Shown piece by piece: positions 43,445-57,400 of a DNA stretch of 64,000 nt (the first letter of the stretch is position 1; each line of letters begins with the position of its first letter). A program made the translations under genes and the position numbers. Location: positions 129,188-193,187 of the forward strand of contig PDIP01000064.1 in the NCBI GenBank assembly GCA_002811645.1, given 5' to 3'. The notes under the pieces were generated by a model. That model had not been told where the DNA came from, made no database searches, and worked only from the letters and a program-made list of their open reading frames with translations. The stretch is from Corallochytrium limacisporum Hawaii (taxonomy: Eukaryota > Protista > Pluriformea).

Positions 43445-45491
43445 GGGGGGGGCGGGCCAAGGAGAGCCAAAGAAAAAAAAAAGGAATGAGCCGTGAGCAG
43501 AGAGGCCCCTCCCTTCCCTCCTCGCCCTCTGCTGACCGCGGAGACCTTTCTTTTTCTCTAGCAGCGTAAACGTTCGGATGAATATGAGGAATTTGAGCGG
43601 TACATTCAATACTGACCAAGGATGGATGAAATGATAGCGCAGACGACCCTTGGAACAAAAGGGACTCGGGTAAGTCGAGAAAGCGAGAGACCTACGCTGC
43701 AATCCAAATGACCCCCCCCCCTCTCCTCTCTCGCCCCTTCTCCTCCTGCTCCTTTCTCCCCCCTTCCCTCCAAAGTAACCCTCCCTCCCCGCCTTCCGCC
43801 GCCCCTCCCTGGCTTGTGAGCCTGACTATACTACGCAGCACCCAAAAAACTTCATGGGCAGGGCCCACAAAGGAGGGGAGTGGCACGGCCCGGAAGTGTC
43901 TAAGGAAACACCAAGAAATTTCGACATTTGATGAGTACTGACGGTGCAGGTAAGAGAAAAAGTCACACATCACCCTCTCTCCAACTCATTTTCTCTCTTC
44001 CTCCCTACGGGCTCTGCTGGTGTTTCTCGTCTTATTCTTCTTTTCGGAGTTCAGAGCCTGGTCTCGATTGGCATACTAGCTCTACCTAAGAGAACAGAAC
44101 TCAGCGGCCTCATTTAAAAAGGAAAAAAAAAAGAGGGTGATGGCTGTCTGACTCAGCCGTTTGGCGAGCTGCCGGCACTTGACGGAAAGCAGTGCCTAAA
44201 GGTTAGAAAGAAAAGCCCCTTTGCAATAAAAGAAGGAGTGACAGAGTGAGAATGCAAAAAAAAAAAAGAGGGGAAGTTGAGAGCACCGAATAAATTCCGA
44301 CCAATCTGCGTCCGCCGCCGTGGCAGTAGAAAGAGTGAACAATCCAACCACTGAACACCCTCTTCACTCCCCATCTATTTACCTCCTTATCTGAGCGATG
44401 TATGTGGGTTGCGATTGCGTAATACTGAATGAATTGCTAAATCTTCCTACATTTTGGCAGGTTTTACAATTTCCCTGTGCCTCTGGAAGAATGGAGACGG
44501 AAACACCAAACAGGCGGAGAGAAAATTCTTTTTGTAGCTGACACGGTCACATTTTTCTGGGGCAAAAGCAAAAAGGTAAACAATGGAAAGGTCAGTAAAG
44601 CGCCATCACCTGACTATACGTTTCTCGCCATACGCAATTACCTACCTTTGAACCCCAATTGTTCCCATAGTATACAATTTCTCCTCCTTCTTGGGGCCGG
44701 GAGCCCCAAACGGCTGCAAAAAAAGTAGTGGCCACACTCCCGGAAGCGAGTCAACAAAGGAGAGCCACAGGTCTCGCAAGTTTCAGTACTGGAGATCGGG
44801 GTTCTCACTGGAGGTCCCATTATTGATTCACGGCTCTCGCATCCACAGACGAATGGTTTTGGGGAAGGCTTGCAATTTCTCCGCACGCTAGGCATAATCA
44901 ATGTACTATACTTCTTTTGGAGTTGCGAATGAACCCCCCCCAGTTCTAGAACGAAGTGTGTGTAGAATTAAGAGATGGGGCCCGATATACAGGCCCAGTG
45001 TGGGGGGGGGAGAGAGAGAGAAGGAAAAGGGGCGGCACGCCTCAGCTGATTCCATCACGCACAAATTCTCAAGAGCTGCTACGCCTACCGCACCTTTCCT
45101 GACGGTTAGGAATCCGCGAGATTCAGGTAGGTATACTGAATACATTTACGTTCTCGTGCATCCTTGCACGTTTGTCTTTGCTGATGGTTTTGATTTTTTT
45201 TCTTTGTCTCCTTTTTTTTTTGCTACTTTTGTGGTCTGTCAGCGGGAGACGGAAACCCGCTCACCTACGTCTTCAGAGGGGTGTCCCTCCCCCCCCGTCA
45301 AACCTCCCTGCCAGGGCTGCGAATAACTCCATATTGAATACGTTATTCACGGACATTTTTTTGTACTTTGCTGACAGGGCCGAGCTGGGGTGGGGGTGGG
45401 CATTCGTGAAAGTTCGAAATCTCCGTCGGCTCGGGGCTAGTGGGGGAGGTGCCCCCGGAGGGGGGGGGGGGGTTTGGGGGGGGGAAACCAA

Positions 45492-45539
45492 NNNNNNNNN
45501 NNNNNNNNNNNNNNNNNNNNNNNNNNNNNNNNNNNNNNN
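45492..45539. other. Assembly gap
   Basis: Run of N flanked by poly-G. Confidence 1.
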
Positions 45540-48500
45540 GGGGGGGGGGGGGGTTTGGGGTTGGTAAACCAATCACATAAGTGAGTAGTAGTGAACGTAG
45601 GTAGAAGCCATGTTTGTCTTTCTCCGCTCCCGTAAGCCCGACCCCCAGAGAAGAACTTCCGCACGGTGGCCAAAACTGTCAGTTGCCGTTTCGGTATCAG
45701 AAACTCTTAGCGGAAGGTCTGCTCATTGCCAGATCACAAATGCAGCCGGGAGTACATTCACTATATCAGAACTGACCTCTCAGAATGATCTCGAAAAAAG
45801 AAGCTGGGTTCGGAATCAGGTGAAGACATAAGCCCATCCCTTCCCCCGCACCCTTTAGCCCCACTGCTTCGTGCTCATGTTTTGGCTTGCTCTTCATGTG
45901 TATTCATTATAGAAACAAACCCACTACTCAAAAGGAAAGAAAACATTACCATGCCCCGGCCAAAAACCTCGTCATCCGTGTCCACAAGCCGAAGTGAGTC
46001 AGCTCTGTAGGGAATGTATGGGCAATGGAGAGGAGGTGGCTGGCTGCCTGAAGCTGAGCTCACAAAAACCCGAGGGGGGGGGGGTTGGGGAGGGGGAGCT
46101 GGTCCTTTGTAAACCTTTAGGGTCGAAGTTTGACTCGTACCCTAGCAATACTTTAAGTATTGAATTTGAAGCAACCGCCCGATGCTGCCAAGTTTCTTTG
46201 GCATCTGAATCCGGGGATATGCTTTGTTCCGTCCGAACGGCTTCGTCGGCGAGATGGGCGTTGTCGTGTTTTTTTTAAAAAAAAATAGAAAAACAGTAAT
46301 ATTATTATTGACTGAGGCAAAGGGGGCAGGTGCGGAGACAGACAATAACACGGAGGCAGTGTTAGTGTGGTCATTCCCGTTGAATGCGACACAGCCATCC
46401 TCTGTGTGCCCACACTGTTGCTCGGTTTGGGGCTCATTAAGTCAATGATAAAGTACAATGTGAAGTCTCCTTCTTTTCCTGGAGCATGACCTGGACATGC
46501 TTTGCTTTCATCCTTCTCACACCGGTCGTAGCTCCCACACACCATTCTTACATGGCCGTCACGACTACAAATTTCTCCACAGAAACCCACCTACATCCAC
46601 CCGCGAGCTCAAGAACTGCGCAAAAACTTTTTCTTTGCACTTCCTGGTTCATCACATGTCAATTCTTTATGAATTGAGTAACCATCACTCCTCTCGCGGC
46701 CTTCTATTGCATTCCTTTTCTTGATTGGCAGCGTTGATTTCCTTCAGCGTTTCATACCAGCTCTGCCCACAATGGGGTCACTAAAAACCCTCTCCGCAAA
46801 AGAAATCTCTGAAAATTGAGTTCCCGTCGTTGTGTAGCCGTTTGGTATCCCTTTGTTTTTTTTTTCCTCGTTGACCCATAGTGACACTATTAAATCATCC
46901 TACTCGCGCTAAAACCACTCATCAACACCAGGCACGATCCCCCATGACCGCAATTTATGCACATCAGCTTCCATTTTTACCCTTCTTTCAGTATAGGAAA
47001 TGACTACTCCGGAAGTGCCATACCCCTACCTTCCTGGGGCCCGACACCCGGATCAATATTGAGCACGAATGCAGCAGCATACTTTCACTATGGAAGTGCC
47101 TGGTTACCCTACCCAACCCTGCCTGGCAGGGGAGGGCCGCGATAGTGAGACCACAATTTCGTGAGCGCTGAACAAATCGCTGCTGTGGCCCTGCTGTGCA
47201 ATGTGAAGGCGAAAAGAGAAACAGCAGAACTATTTCAGTAGTACTGTTCTAGAAACACAAATTTGGTCAGCACCAAACCTTCCTTCGGCGTCGGTTGTGC
47301 TTCCGGTTGATTTTTTTTCGCCACCGCATTAAAGGTGGCTTGCGGGTAGCTGGGGGAGGGGATATTCTGTGCCAAGGATCGGGTGCATAGCTAAGGAACT
47401 GAAATTGGCACACTCCCCACAAATAAATGTATGGCCCAAACATGGAGGAGACACAGGAACTGGTGCCAAAGAAGAAGATTATATCGGAAACAAAACACGG
47501 ATTCGCCGAAAGTCTTCCGGATATCTGCATATATTCATTATGAAAGAGGGTCTTTCCTCCTCACAGTATGTGACCATTGTGCACGGTGGGGCTCAATCCG
47601 CGCTGCCTGTCTCCTGCGAATTGACTCTGGACGCGGCCGTGAACGGAGTCACGGTCCATGTGCACGACACGTTAAAGTTGACGGGTGCCCTGGGAACCGA
47701 GCTGGAAAGGCCGGTACTTAATGAACCGTGGATTCGGGGAAGAAAGTGTCCCGCCTGAAACACACGGTCACAGTGGACCAAAGATTAGTAGTACCTGATA
47801 GTGCGAACCTATCCCATTTGCTGACCGTAAAAGTGCGGTACTTTGAGTTCCGCAGTGGGCACCCGTGCCCGAGAGGGGTCCCCTTTCTCTTCCCCCCCCT
47901 CCCCCTTCTCCCCCCCCCCCAAAAATTACCACTCAAAAGGAGCAAGGCCACTCCAAAAATGTCAATTAAGAAAAGCGGCCCCCGCTTCCCCCGTCCGGCT
48001 GCACAGGCAAGGTAGTGAACATACTGAAAATGCGGCGAAAGCCCACGCAAACGCACCGCAACCTGAAAAGAGCACACCAGCTAGGGGGCGCACGGGACTT
48101 TGTACCGGATCTCTGGGGTTTGATTGCATATCAGTTCCACTTGGCAAGCCTATTCTGTTCGTCCTTGATGTTGATTGTGACGGTGACGGCGGTGTATGAC
48201 CAGACTCATGGTAGCAGAGACCCAGGAAGCATCCAAGAATGATTTGGCACACTCTCAAGTTATGCATGGTGTTGATCATGTTCAGATCATCATCATTGCC
48301 TCCCTGCGCAGCAGCCAACGGCACCCGCTGCCGTTCTGCAATCATTTTGAAGTGAGGGGGCGAGTCCGTTGGGTTAGTAGTACTGCTATGCCCTTTTCTT
48401 TCCCCTCTGAATGCTCTTTGATGTCGTCATCATTCCATTTTTTTAGGTTTCGGCAGCGTCTAGTACTTGGGTTCCTCGTTACACTTTAACCGGTGGATGG

Positions 48501-51060
48501 ATCTCAGGGAACGGCTGCCCTTTGATTGCGTGTGGCTCCAACATGTGTACATGCTTGTCGTTGTTCTTACGGCAGCCTCCCATCGCCGCGTTGTAGATGC
48601 ATGCACTCCTTTGCATGAGCGCCGATGTCTCTCTCCGTCGGCGATGCTGATCGATGTGATGCATGGGCACTGACACCCGAACACGGACTTCCTCGGCGGC
48701 ACAAAATCCCTGGATTTTCCGGGCTGCAGAACTTCCGCTCCCGATCAGTACTTTGACGCCCTGTGGCCTGAATGTAAACAATAAGGGTGCCACGAAAAGT
48801 CTTTCTCCCGTCTTCACCACCGCTCCCTTTCTTCAGCAAGCACACCAAATCACGGGGTTTGATGCCATTGACCGACAGAAGATCAGTCCGCCGTAGTGAA
48901 TGACTCGAGTGATTTTTCATGTGGTTGTGGTCAGGCTGTTTTTGGGAGATAAGAGGGAAAGAAGAACTCGTCATTGGAATCCCACCAAGTCCGCACCCAC
49001 TGTCGCTCTGTGCCATAGGTTTACTATTACTTTGTGGGGCTGTCGTCATTTCTCCTTTTCTGGGGGGGGGGGGGGGGTGTAAGAAACTTTAAAAATATCT
49101 CTCGCTGTGTGGTGTGCCCTCCCCCTCCCCCACACACACACTCTCTCTCTTTGCTGCCCTCTGCACAAAAAAGAGTTTTCCTTCCTTTTTCAGACAGAAC
49201 CACGGTGGGGAGAGGGTGGTGAACCCTTTGGTGTATGTTTTCTAAAGTCATAGTCAACGGCAGAAGTGAAAAGTGAGAAACTACGGGAGAGGAAGGACAG
49301 AAGGAAAAAAAAAAGAGGGGAGGAGGAGGAGAGGGTAGTTGGCCCCCGAAAAAAAAAGTGTAGAAAAATAGAAAATAGAAAATAAAAAAAGAAGGAGACT
49401 TTGCCTCCAAAGCGCGGGGCGGGCCGTCCGTACGGGGTTAGCTCTGCACATCCGGGGAAAGCCAGAGGTGTACCGGTTGAGGAAGAAAACAAGAGAAACA
49501 GGCTAGAAAGGAAGATTGGGGTGGGCGGCCCCCCCTGGTTTCCCTCGTCTTTGCATTTTTGCTGGCTCGGAGCCGCGCCGCTTGCGATTTTCGCACAAGA
49601 AAAAAAACTGCTGCCACTCGCGAGAGAGAGCGTCCCGGGAACTGCCCCCCCCCGGGGGTGGGGAGGGAGGGGGGCTAAGGGGGGTTTTACCGACCGGCTG
49701 CAACCCCCCCCCCTCTATCGGTCGCCACAGGTCCGTCCGAACCCGAGCGGCCTCCGGTTTTCGAGGCGACGCATAAACGAGAGAACAGCAGATCAGAAGG
49801 AAAAAAAATAGCCGTTCCTCGCAGAAGTACCGCAACAGACTTGTTCCGTAGCCCACGCCGTGGCAGCGGTACACCTCCATTGCGAGCAAGAAAGTCTAAC
49901 GGGAACACAGTTCACTGGACATGTCCACCTGGATGCGTGTCATCGCTTTGTTTGAGCAGAGAGCCGTAGGTTTGAGGTGGTTTGAGCACACTGCCATGGT
50001 CCCCGATGATCAGGTAAATGCCACAGGGTACACCTTGGGACCTGATGTTCTCCTTGTGTGAACGGCCGTCAACGTAGCAGCGCTCTTTGCTTGCGGAAGG
50101 AAAACGAGGCTATGAAACCAGCTCCAGCTCCTTTGTTACGTAAAATACTACTCGGAAAAAACTTTTTGCGATCCATTCCACTTGGATCTCACCCGGACCT
50201 CAAGTCAGCAATCATCATGGTGGCAGCTCATTCGCTGGAACCTCCGCTGTCTACTTCCACGTTTCCTAGTTTGCGAGTGATTGGGCAGGATGGTTCGAAA
50301 CTATGGCCCACCCACCTTACTACTGCTCATCATCCGGTCCCTTACCTTCCTGCGCTTGCATGTCGAGGAGAATCTTTTTTTAGGTGAAACGAAACAGGTG
50401 CACTCGCCATAGGTCAAGTGCCGTGGTTTGGGTGGGGGCCCAGTATCTCTACTACCCGCCCCCGGGCGGGGTGTTTTTTGGAGCTTTTGAATTCTCCTTT
50501 CCGCAGTTCCTGTAGATACCGAAATGCGGTTTCATTAAGATCTTGATTTAGATAATGATTTATGATTCAAAAGGAGACAATCTATTCATTGAACGAGTCT
50601 GGATGCTTCATAAAAAGTATATTAAATTCGGACAGACATCCACTGACTTCTTGGAGATGTGACGCTTGTCCTTTTGAGAGACTGTGGAGCGAGTACCTAG
50701 CCTATACATGATTTCGCCATGCTGTTCAAGGTCAGAAGGTGTCGTGTTCGCTGCCGTTATTGGTCTGATGCGCTTGACCATGCAGTTGATACACACGAGG
50801 AGATGTCCATTGCACCAGACAATGTCTGCAAACATTTGTGGTATGTAGACCATTAGAGTCCACATGCTCTCAGATATCTATTTCTAAAAATGTTTGTTTT
50901 ATTATGATTACGGGCCGCCTGCAGCCACGTACTTGTGTGATGATGGTATGATTGTTGGTGTCTGTGTTCAAGCTTGGGGAAGCCGGGCAGGATTCGATTC
51001 ATCCACGTCGTGTAGACATAGCCTTCACGGTTGTGGCCGTTAGAGACAGTTCATAAATCC

Positions 51061-51465
51061 TCAGGCACTTCCGCCAGAATTCATTCTCTGCGGACCATGA
51101 CTGATGTGCGATGTCCGGGAGGGTCGGCTTGGCGATGACAAGGCAGTTATACGTCTCGAATGCTCAACCTGATTTGTAAGCGCATCCTGTCCCGGATCAT
51201 AGTTCATGACCAGGACTTGAACCTGGTCTTCTTCATTCATTAAATGAGCCTGTCGCCATGCCCGCTGAGATCGGCGCCGACTATTTGATAAGTGGATGAG
51301 CGCAATCACCAAGATAACGGCAGTCAGTGATCCAAGCAGTGCGCCGGTCACATACATCAGCTTCTGCCCCTGTGTCTCTCCCCCACTGAAATTTCCATCA
51401 AATGCTGTAGTACTGACGCTTGGCGTCGTGCCAGTGGCTGTAGGGTTACTATCTTCGCTCGACAT
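51061..51465 (-). CDS. Hypothetical small single-pass (type III-like) membrane protein, 134 aa
   Basis: ATG in A-rich context; S/T-rich N-terminus with an NFS sequon; one transmembrane segment (LMYVTGALLGSLTAVILVIALIHL) followed by a basic RRRSQR stop-transfer. Confidence 0.6.
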   Translation of the reverse strand: MSSEDSNPTATGTTPSVSTTAFDGNFSGGETQGQKLMYVTGALLGSLTAVILVIALIHLSNSRRRSQRAWRQAHLMNEEDQVQVLVMNYDPGQDALTNQVEHSRRITALSSPSRPSRTSHISHGPQRMNSGGSA

Positions 51466-54400
51466 TATTGGCTAGAGAAATTATGTGATCTTACATACTA
51501 GTGTCCGTTTCAGTACTTGTGGTGTCCGTTTACAGTACGGCCGCAGAGGTTCTGAACTTTCTAAAGCCGGTGTTTTTTCCCTTCGATTTCCATCCAATGT
51601 ATGTTTTCTTTGTTACCACCAATCTTCAGCTAAGTATCTTGCTGTGTGCTTGGCAATTGCGTGTCAATCCGCAGCGCTACGGGGAGTCTCCAAAATATGT
51701 GTGCATAGGTACTTTGCCGTACTATTCTCAGCGTACGGTAGGTTGCCAAGTTCCTCTGGTGATCTCGTATCAAATAGCCTTTCTATCTCATCCCTGGTAT
51801 CCAGTTCTCTGTGGTTCGGTGCATAAATCCTTGAACTGCTCGCATCATTTTACATCAAGCAGGCAAAGCGATGAAAAGGAGTGACGCACCCGTACCGGCG
51901 CCCGGTGGAGGGTGGGGTGAGAAAGTCCCAGTGACCGCCCATAGTTTCCCGGGCTCGAGTCAAAAAATCGGCAGCTGGGTCCGACCGCCCCGGGGAGGAC
52001 GAGAACATCCTCCGACTTAGCATGAAATGTGACAAAAATGTATCATATATTGAGTACTTAATTGGAGGTTAGGTACGAATGAGGACCTACCGGACGGGTA
52101 GTTCCAGGAATGCCGGTCGTTTCGCTCCTTCCCCACCAAGTTTCATGGTCTGCTAGATTTAAGCTATAGTGATAATACTGCCAAAGGGACACACATCGTA
52201 GTGATTGGGGGGGGGGTATTAGGTTTCGTTCTCCCGTGTTCCCCTGGCCCGCCCCCAAGCTGTGGGTACTCGCCGATTGGTTCCCCCCCTTCCCCACCAC
52301 CCCCCCCACTTGGCTGTGTTTTGGACGTGTGTCTAGCCCCCCTATTATCTATCTGCCTGAGATACCTCCCGTTTGAGAGATGGTCTTGATACCTCCATCC
52401 CCCCGCTGTTGAGCAGTAGTCTGCTTATAAGCTCAACGAGTTTCTGTTTGTCCTTGGTTGGGGCACTGCGGTCGGCCCGTGACAGCGCATTTTGCTCGCG
52501 TACAACACAACCCCAACCCCGTTTATACCCTGTTTGTGTGGTGCGCGCTTGTATTTCTGTGCGCTCTTTGGACTATATAGATTCGCACACACAAGAATCC
52601 GTCATCCTCCCGTCCCCTCTTTCCCCTCACCCCCCCGGTCCCTCCGTCCCGCTTTGTTAATACGCAGGATCGATCAGTTTGATATACTCTTGTCAGGAGA
52701 CTGGACTGTGTGCGCCTCTGTACCACTCAGTATGCGGCCCGCATGACGATGCTTTCACTCATTTTGAGAGACTGTCGCAAACACCTGTGCTAGGGCCACA
52801 ATGAAATCAAAAATGTGATTCTTTATTGATTATCATCATATATGAGTTGATTATGTTGCCAACATCCTTAGGAACTAATACTCAATATTTGTGTATCTCC
52901 TAGCATTGGACCTGGCTGGTAGCTAACGGTGGTTCCAAATCTAAATACAAAGTGTAGATATCTGACTTGGTGATTTGGAATGATGCTTACAGTTCTATTG
53001 GCGGGTTGAATCATACGAAACTCTACTCACTCACTCGCCAGTCCTTCCTTTCTTTCCAATTTCTTTTTTACTAACCCGCATCCGCACGCCCGAACCCCTA
53101 AAATTCCTATTAGGTGTGGAGGGCCACCATAATTGAATCTATCATGGGTACTGGCTCCTGTGATGATCGAAGCACGTCTTTCGTTCACCCTGTTTTAACG
53201 CACCCCATTCCGGATTCATATCTTCCATTACAGGCACCATAGGAAAAGCATACAGCATTCAACAAATTGATCCAGGGCTATGGGATGTGACAACTACTAA
53301 GAAAGTGCTGTGTGCACAGAATTTAGGGTGACAGGTCCGGAGATCGAGGGGGCGGGTTTCTCTTCGTTTCTTGTCTCCTTCTCCTCCTGCATTTTTCCTA
53401 CTTCTTTGACATTTTCCATCGTAAACCTACCGTAGTCTGCGTGGATCACTCGGAGCAGATGCGGCGGTGTCGCTGCTGTCAAGTGTTTCCCCGCTTTCAG
53501 AGTCTCGGCAGTTGGAAAAAAGTTAGAAACCCTCAGAGGACGAGCTAAGGGGTATGGTAAATGTTAGGAAAAAATACAGACTTGAAGTTTTCTAACTTTA
53601 GCATCCTTACATCATCCAACTATTAAATCGGGCACTGACCGGGGACTAATAAACTCTGGCCCGCTGTCCGATAGCAGATTCGAATTTCGCAGATTTACTG
53701 AATGCCATAGCCAACGTATGATACGCATTTCTTTATGCCCCCCTTTGCTTGCAATCGTCAGGGAGTTCGGACGATATGGAGCGCTTGCGATTCTGGCCGA
53801 CCGCTTGCTTTCCATCGTCAACATTCGCATTTCCATACCCGATGGAGTAAAAGATTACAAGCACACTCGATCATTGATCTCACCAAACGCCACTGGGTAT
53901 GATCATAACAGTGAAAGTGGATCCGTCCTTATGTATATGCTGAATGTATGGACATTGTATTCCAAGCTGCATACGACTGGATGTTTCCATGGGATCAAAT
54001 TTACTGTGTCTGTGTGAAAGGAAACGGTTGCATCGAAAGCCTATGGTGGGCGACCCAACCTTAAGATAGATAAATTCTCTGAGGGCCAAAGAGGGTGTTC
54101 CATGTCCAAGTAGAGATCGAATGAACCCAGTATCACGATTTCACACGGCGGATAACAGTCGGGCAGGATACGTGCAGAAATTTTGCTTCTAGGCAAGGGG
54201 TAAAAGGAGCAAGGAAAAGCCTGAGAAAGCGCCGTTCGTCTTATTCAATTAATCGCTAGACCAAACGCGCCTCATATAGGAGAATTCTTGAACCAAACGT
54301 AGAGAGCTCTTGTCAACGTCTAATCTCGTTGGGACCGTGTACCCACACACGTCAAAGAGCATTTGCTGAACAGCCATACTCAAAAACCTTACCATTCTGT

Positions 54401-57400
54401 GAGAAAATGCGAGACTGCAACGGACTCTTTACCCACGGGCTCGAGCGAGACCAAACCCAGAGACTGGAGGGAAAGTTTACCATCGCATCTGCCTTCAATG
54501 CAGCCAGAGTTGTATGTAAAGAGACACCAAAAAAAAAAGGAAGGGGGTAGCAAACTAATACTTTTCGCAAGATACAGGAAACGCTGGAGCGAGAGAGAGA
54601 CAAAATGAAACCTCGATTGCAGTGATCTAGAGGTCATTTACTTTCGCTTTTGGAGAGGGGGGGGGGGCTAGGGGGTCCGCTGCTGCCTGGAACTGTTCTT
54701 CTCAAGGCTCGAAACAGATCTATGAATTCCCCTGAAACTTCAAGCCTGCGGTTACCCCCAACTATAGAGAACACTTAGAATATGATTGATAATAGAGTTG
54801 CAGAATATGCTGGGCCGCTGCAGGGTGTAGTGTAGCGGGAGCTGCCGGGGTTGATGGTGTGATCAATGTCTCGAGGGCAGACCCCGTACCGGTTTTGCAG
54901 CGCCACAGCCGACGGAGGATACCTTCCGCTAGGGCAAATGAATACATAAATAATGGGCCGAAGCCGCTCGGTCTCTTTCAAGTAAATCAAAGTTCCCGGC
55001 TGGCCGGTTGCCAAAGTTGTGTTTGTGGTTCTCTGCGTTTTCTTGGGGTGGTCCTTTCTCGTTTGCTCACCTCCCAACTCTTCACTCATTGGTCTCCTTC
55101 AAGTTGGTTCCCGCCATTACTATTCCGCCGACACAACTAGCTCCATGTTTGTTTGTTTGACCTTTCCCTAATACTGTTTCCTCTCCGGTCGTTGAAACTG
55201 AAATATCCACTGTGTAGCACTTGACTGTCCTTCCGTCTCAGCGAACAAGTGTATGCGCGTGCGGCCCTCGCAGACCTCCGAAGCGTGCTTGGATTTTGTA
55301 TGTGGCAATAAAACTCCACGTTCCTTTTTAGGTGCTCCTTCATCGTTTTCAACATTAATGTCAGATGTGAAATGAATAGAGGTCCTGCTTTAGTTATCCT
55401 CAGATGGGAGGCGTTGAGTTGAGACAACAGTACAGGTCATCGCCAGTATTAGACAATAACGCAGACACACAAAGTGACGAGGATGATTGGTAGCTTCATC
55501 AGTCGTAATACTTCTATTCACGGTTCTACGCTATGAGTTGCCTCCACCACCACCACCTTTTTAAAACCGAATGTGCCATAAGACCACGCTGTATCGGATT
55601 CCATTGCTGTCACTTTCAACAGAATTGAGAGAATGTTTGAATCATCAACCGTTGACATACTTTTATTATTGAGTGTATGCACTCTTTCCGTGAGATCAGA
55701 TGCTACTGTCCATCATATGGCACCTACACGGGAGGCTCATTACGGCCTCGACGTTTGTGATAGAATTGTTGAGGTATATTAAGTATAACAATGTAGTAAG
55801 GGATTATGCAAGAAGTTATCTTGCTGCATTGTCCACTGTGCAGCGAAGTCTTACACGTATAGCAACGAACGTCTTATCCTCGCACCGGGGAACATTTTAT
55901 ATAAACGTTGTGAACTTTGCACCGACAAGGCTCCCCAGAGGTGTGCATTAGATTGCCCGGTGAAGAGGGCTTAGTATGATTCTTCAGCCATTTCTGGAGC
56001 CCTCGCTACGCAGCGGCCTAGAGGATTGGCTGACAGTTCTTTCGTTTCGTGTGCAGGGGCGGGCCCTCGGCTCATTTGCTGCCCTGCGGCCTCTCCCTGC
56101 CCGGCTGCTGAAACATAGCAATTTACCACGGAGACCGAGTGAGGGGTGGTCAGCTTAGTCACACATACACACTGGTCGCTGAGTGGAACGGAAACAAAGT
56201 GTGGTCCTCGCACTGTGAGGCTGTACTTTTGCTGCCTACTGGCGCAGAGCCAGAGGGCTAAATGGCCTGCAACCCCGATATCACGTTTTCGTTCGGCTGC
56301 TAAAATAATACTAACAACCCCCAAACGCCCAGCGGTACTGGCGTGGATGAAAACCTGATGAGACAGGGAAGGTCATTGGCCACTACTGTCCTTCCTGCAG
56401 CTCAGCTGTGTTTAGTGATCTGGTCGTTGCCACTGTACATGACGACTGAAGATTCCTCACCCGGAGCCCTTCTCCATTCAAGATAGTACTGGCTATATGG
56501 AGCAAGCAATTGGTCTCCACCATTGCTATATGTACCTACGGGCATGTGCCTGTGCTGGAACAGTTCGAAAATTAAAGTACAGGAATGAATATGACACTTC
56601 AAATACATACTGATAGGGGAAAACAAGGTCCGTATTTCACTACTGAGGCATCTTTGCAACTGTCCAGTTCGGGTCCGATAGAACGAAAGGCAGGGAGATC
56701 GGATGAATGGCATTTGAGCGAGCATGTGCGTGTTGTTGCAGCGAGCACTCTTACATGATAGAATCCTGCGATATTTGCATACATTCTGTAAAGCATGTGC
56801 TGGAACTGTGCTCTCTTGGTAGCTAGAGATCTCGCCCGTCCATTTTCTCGGTCATATTGGCCAACTACCCATCACTGAAGATAACAGATTGGTCCGGAAT
56901 GATGTGATCAGTGATGGAAACCGTAAGAGAAGGACGGAGTACTCTAACGAGGAGAGAAAATATTCTTGGGGCTCCTGTGATTTTATAGTAAATCCTATGC
57001 TGTGGTCAAGTCTTCCGTATGGCAGCGATGTCAAAATGTCTAGAGAGATGGCGACGAGCATTATTTTGGAGAGGGTATGATTACAGGCCGACCTCTATTT
57101 GGTTGAGGCTTGTGGATATTTGCGTGTTCACGCGGCTGGGGAAGTTGACGATGAATGCAAAGGATGTTAGTGGCGAACGTGAAAGCAATACGATTAGTGG
57201 ATGACCCGTACCTCAGGCGTGAAACATTTGAAACACTCTTGTCGGGCTCCTCCGGCCGACGTAAGAAAGAAAGAGCGAGAGCGAATAAGAGATAAAGGAG
57301 ACCCGAAGACACAGATCATCAGCGGCTGCAGAACACGGAAGGCGTGATTATACTTATCCCCTGCAAAAAACTAATTGTTCAGCTTTTACTTTACCTCCCA

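Noticed and set aside
47122-47134. CCTGGCAGGGGAG, matching the start of U1 snRNA
   Set aside because: It lacks the ATACTTAC 5' end, the GATCAC loop, loop II and the Sm-site arrangement; a chance 13-mer.
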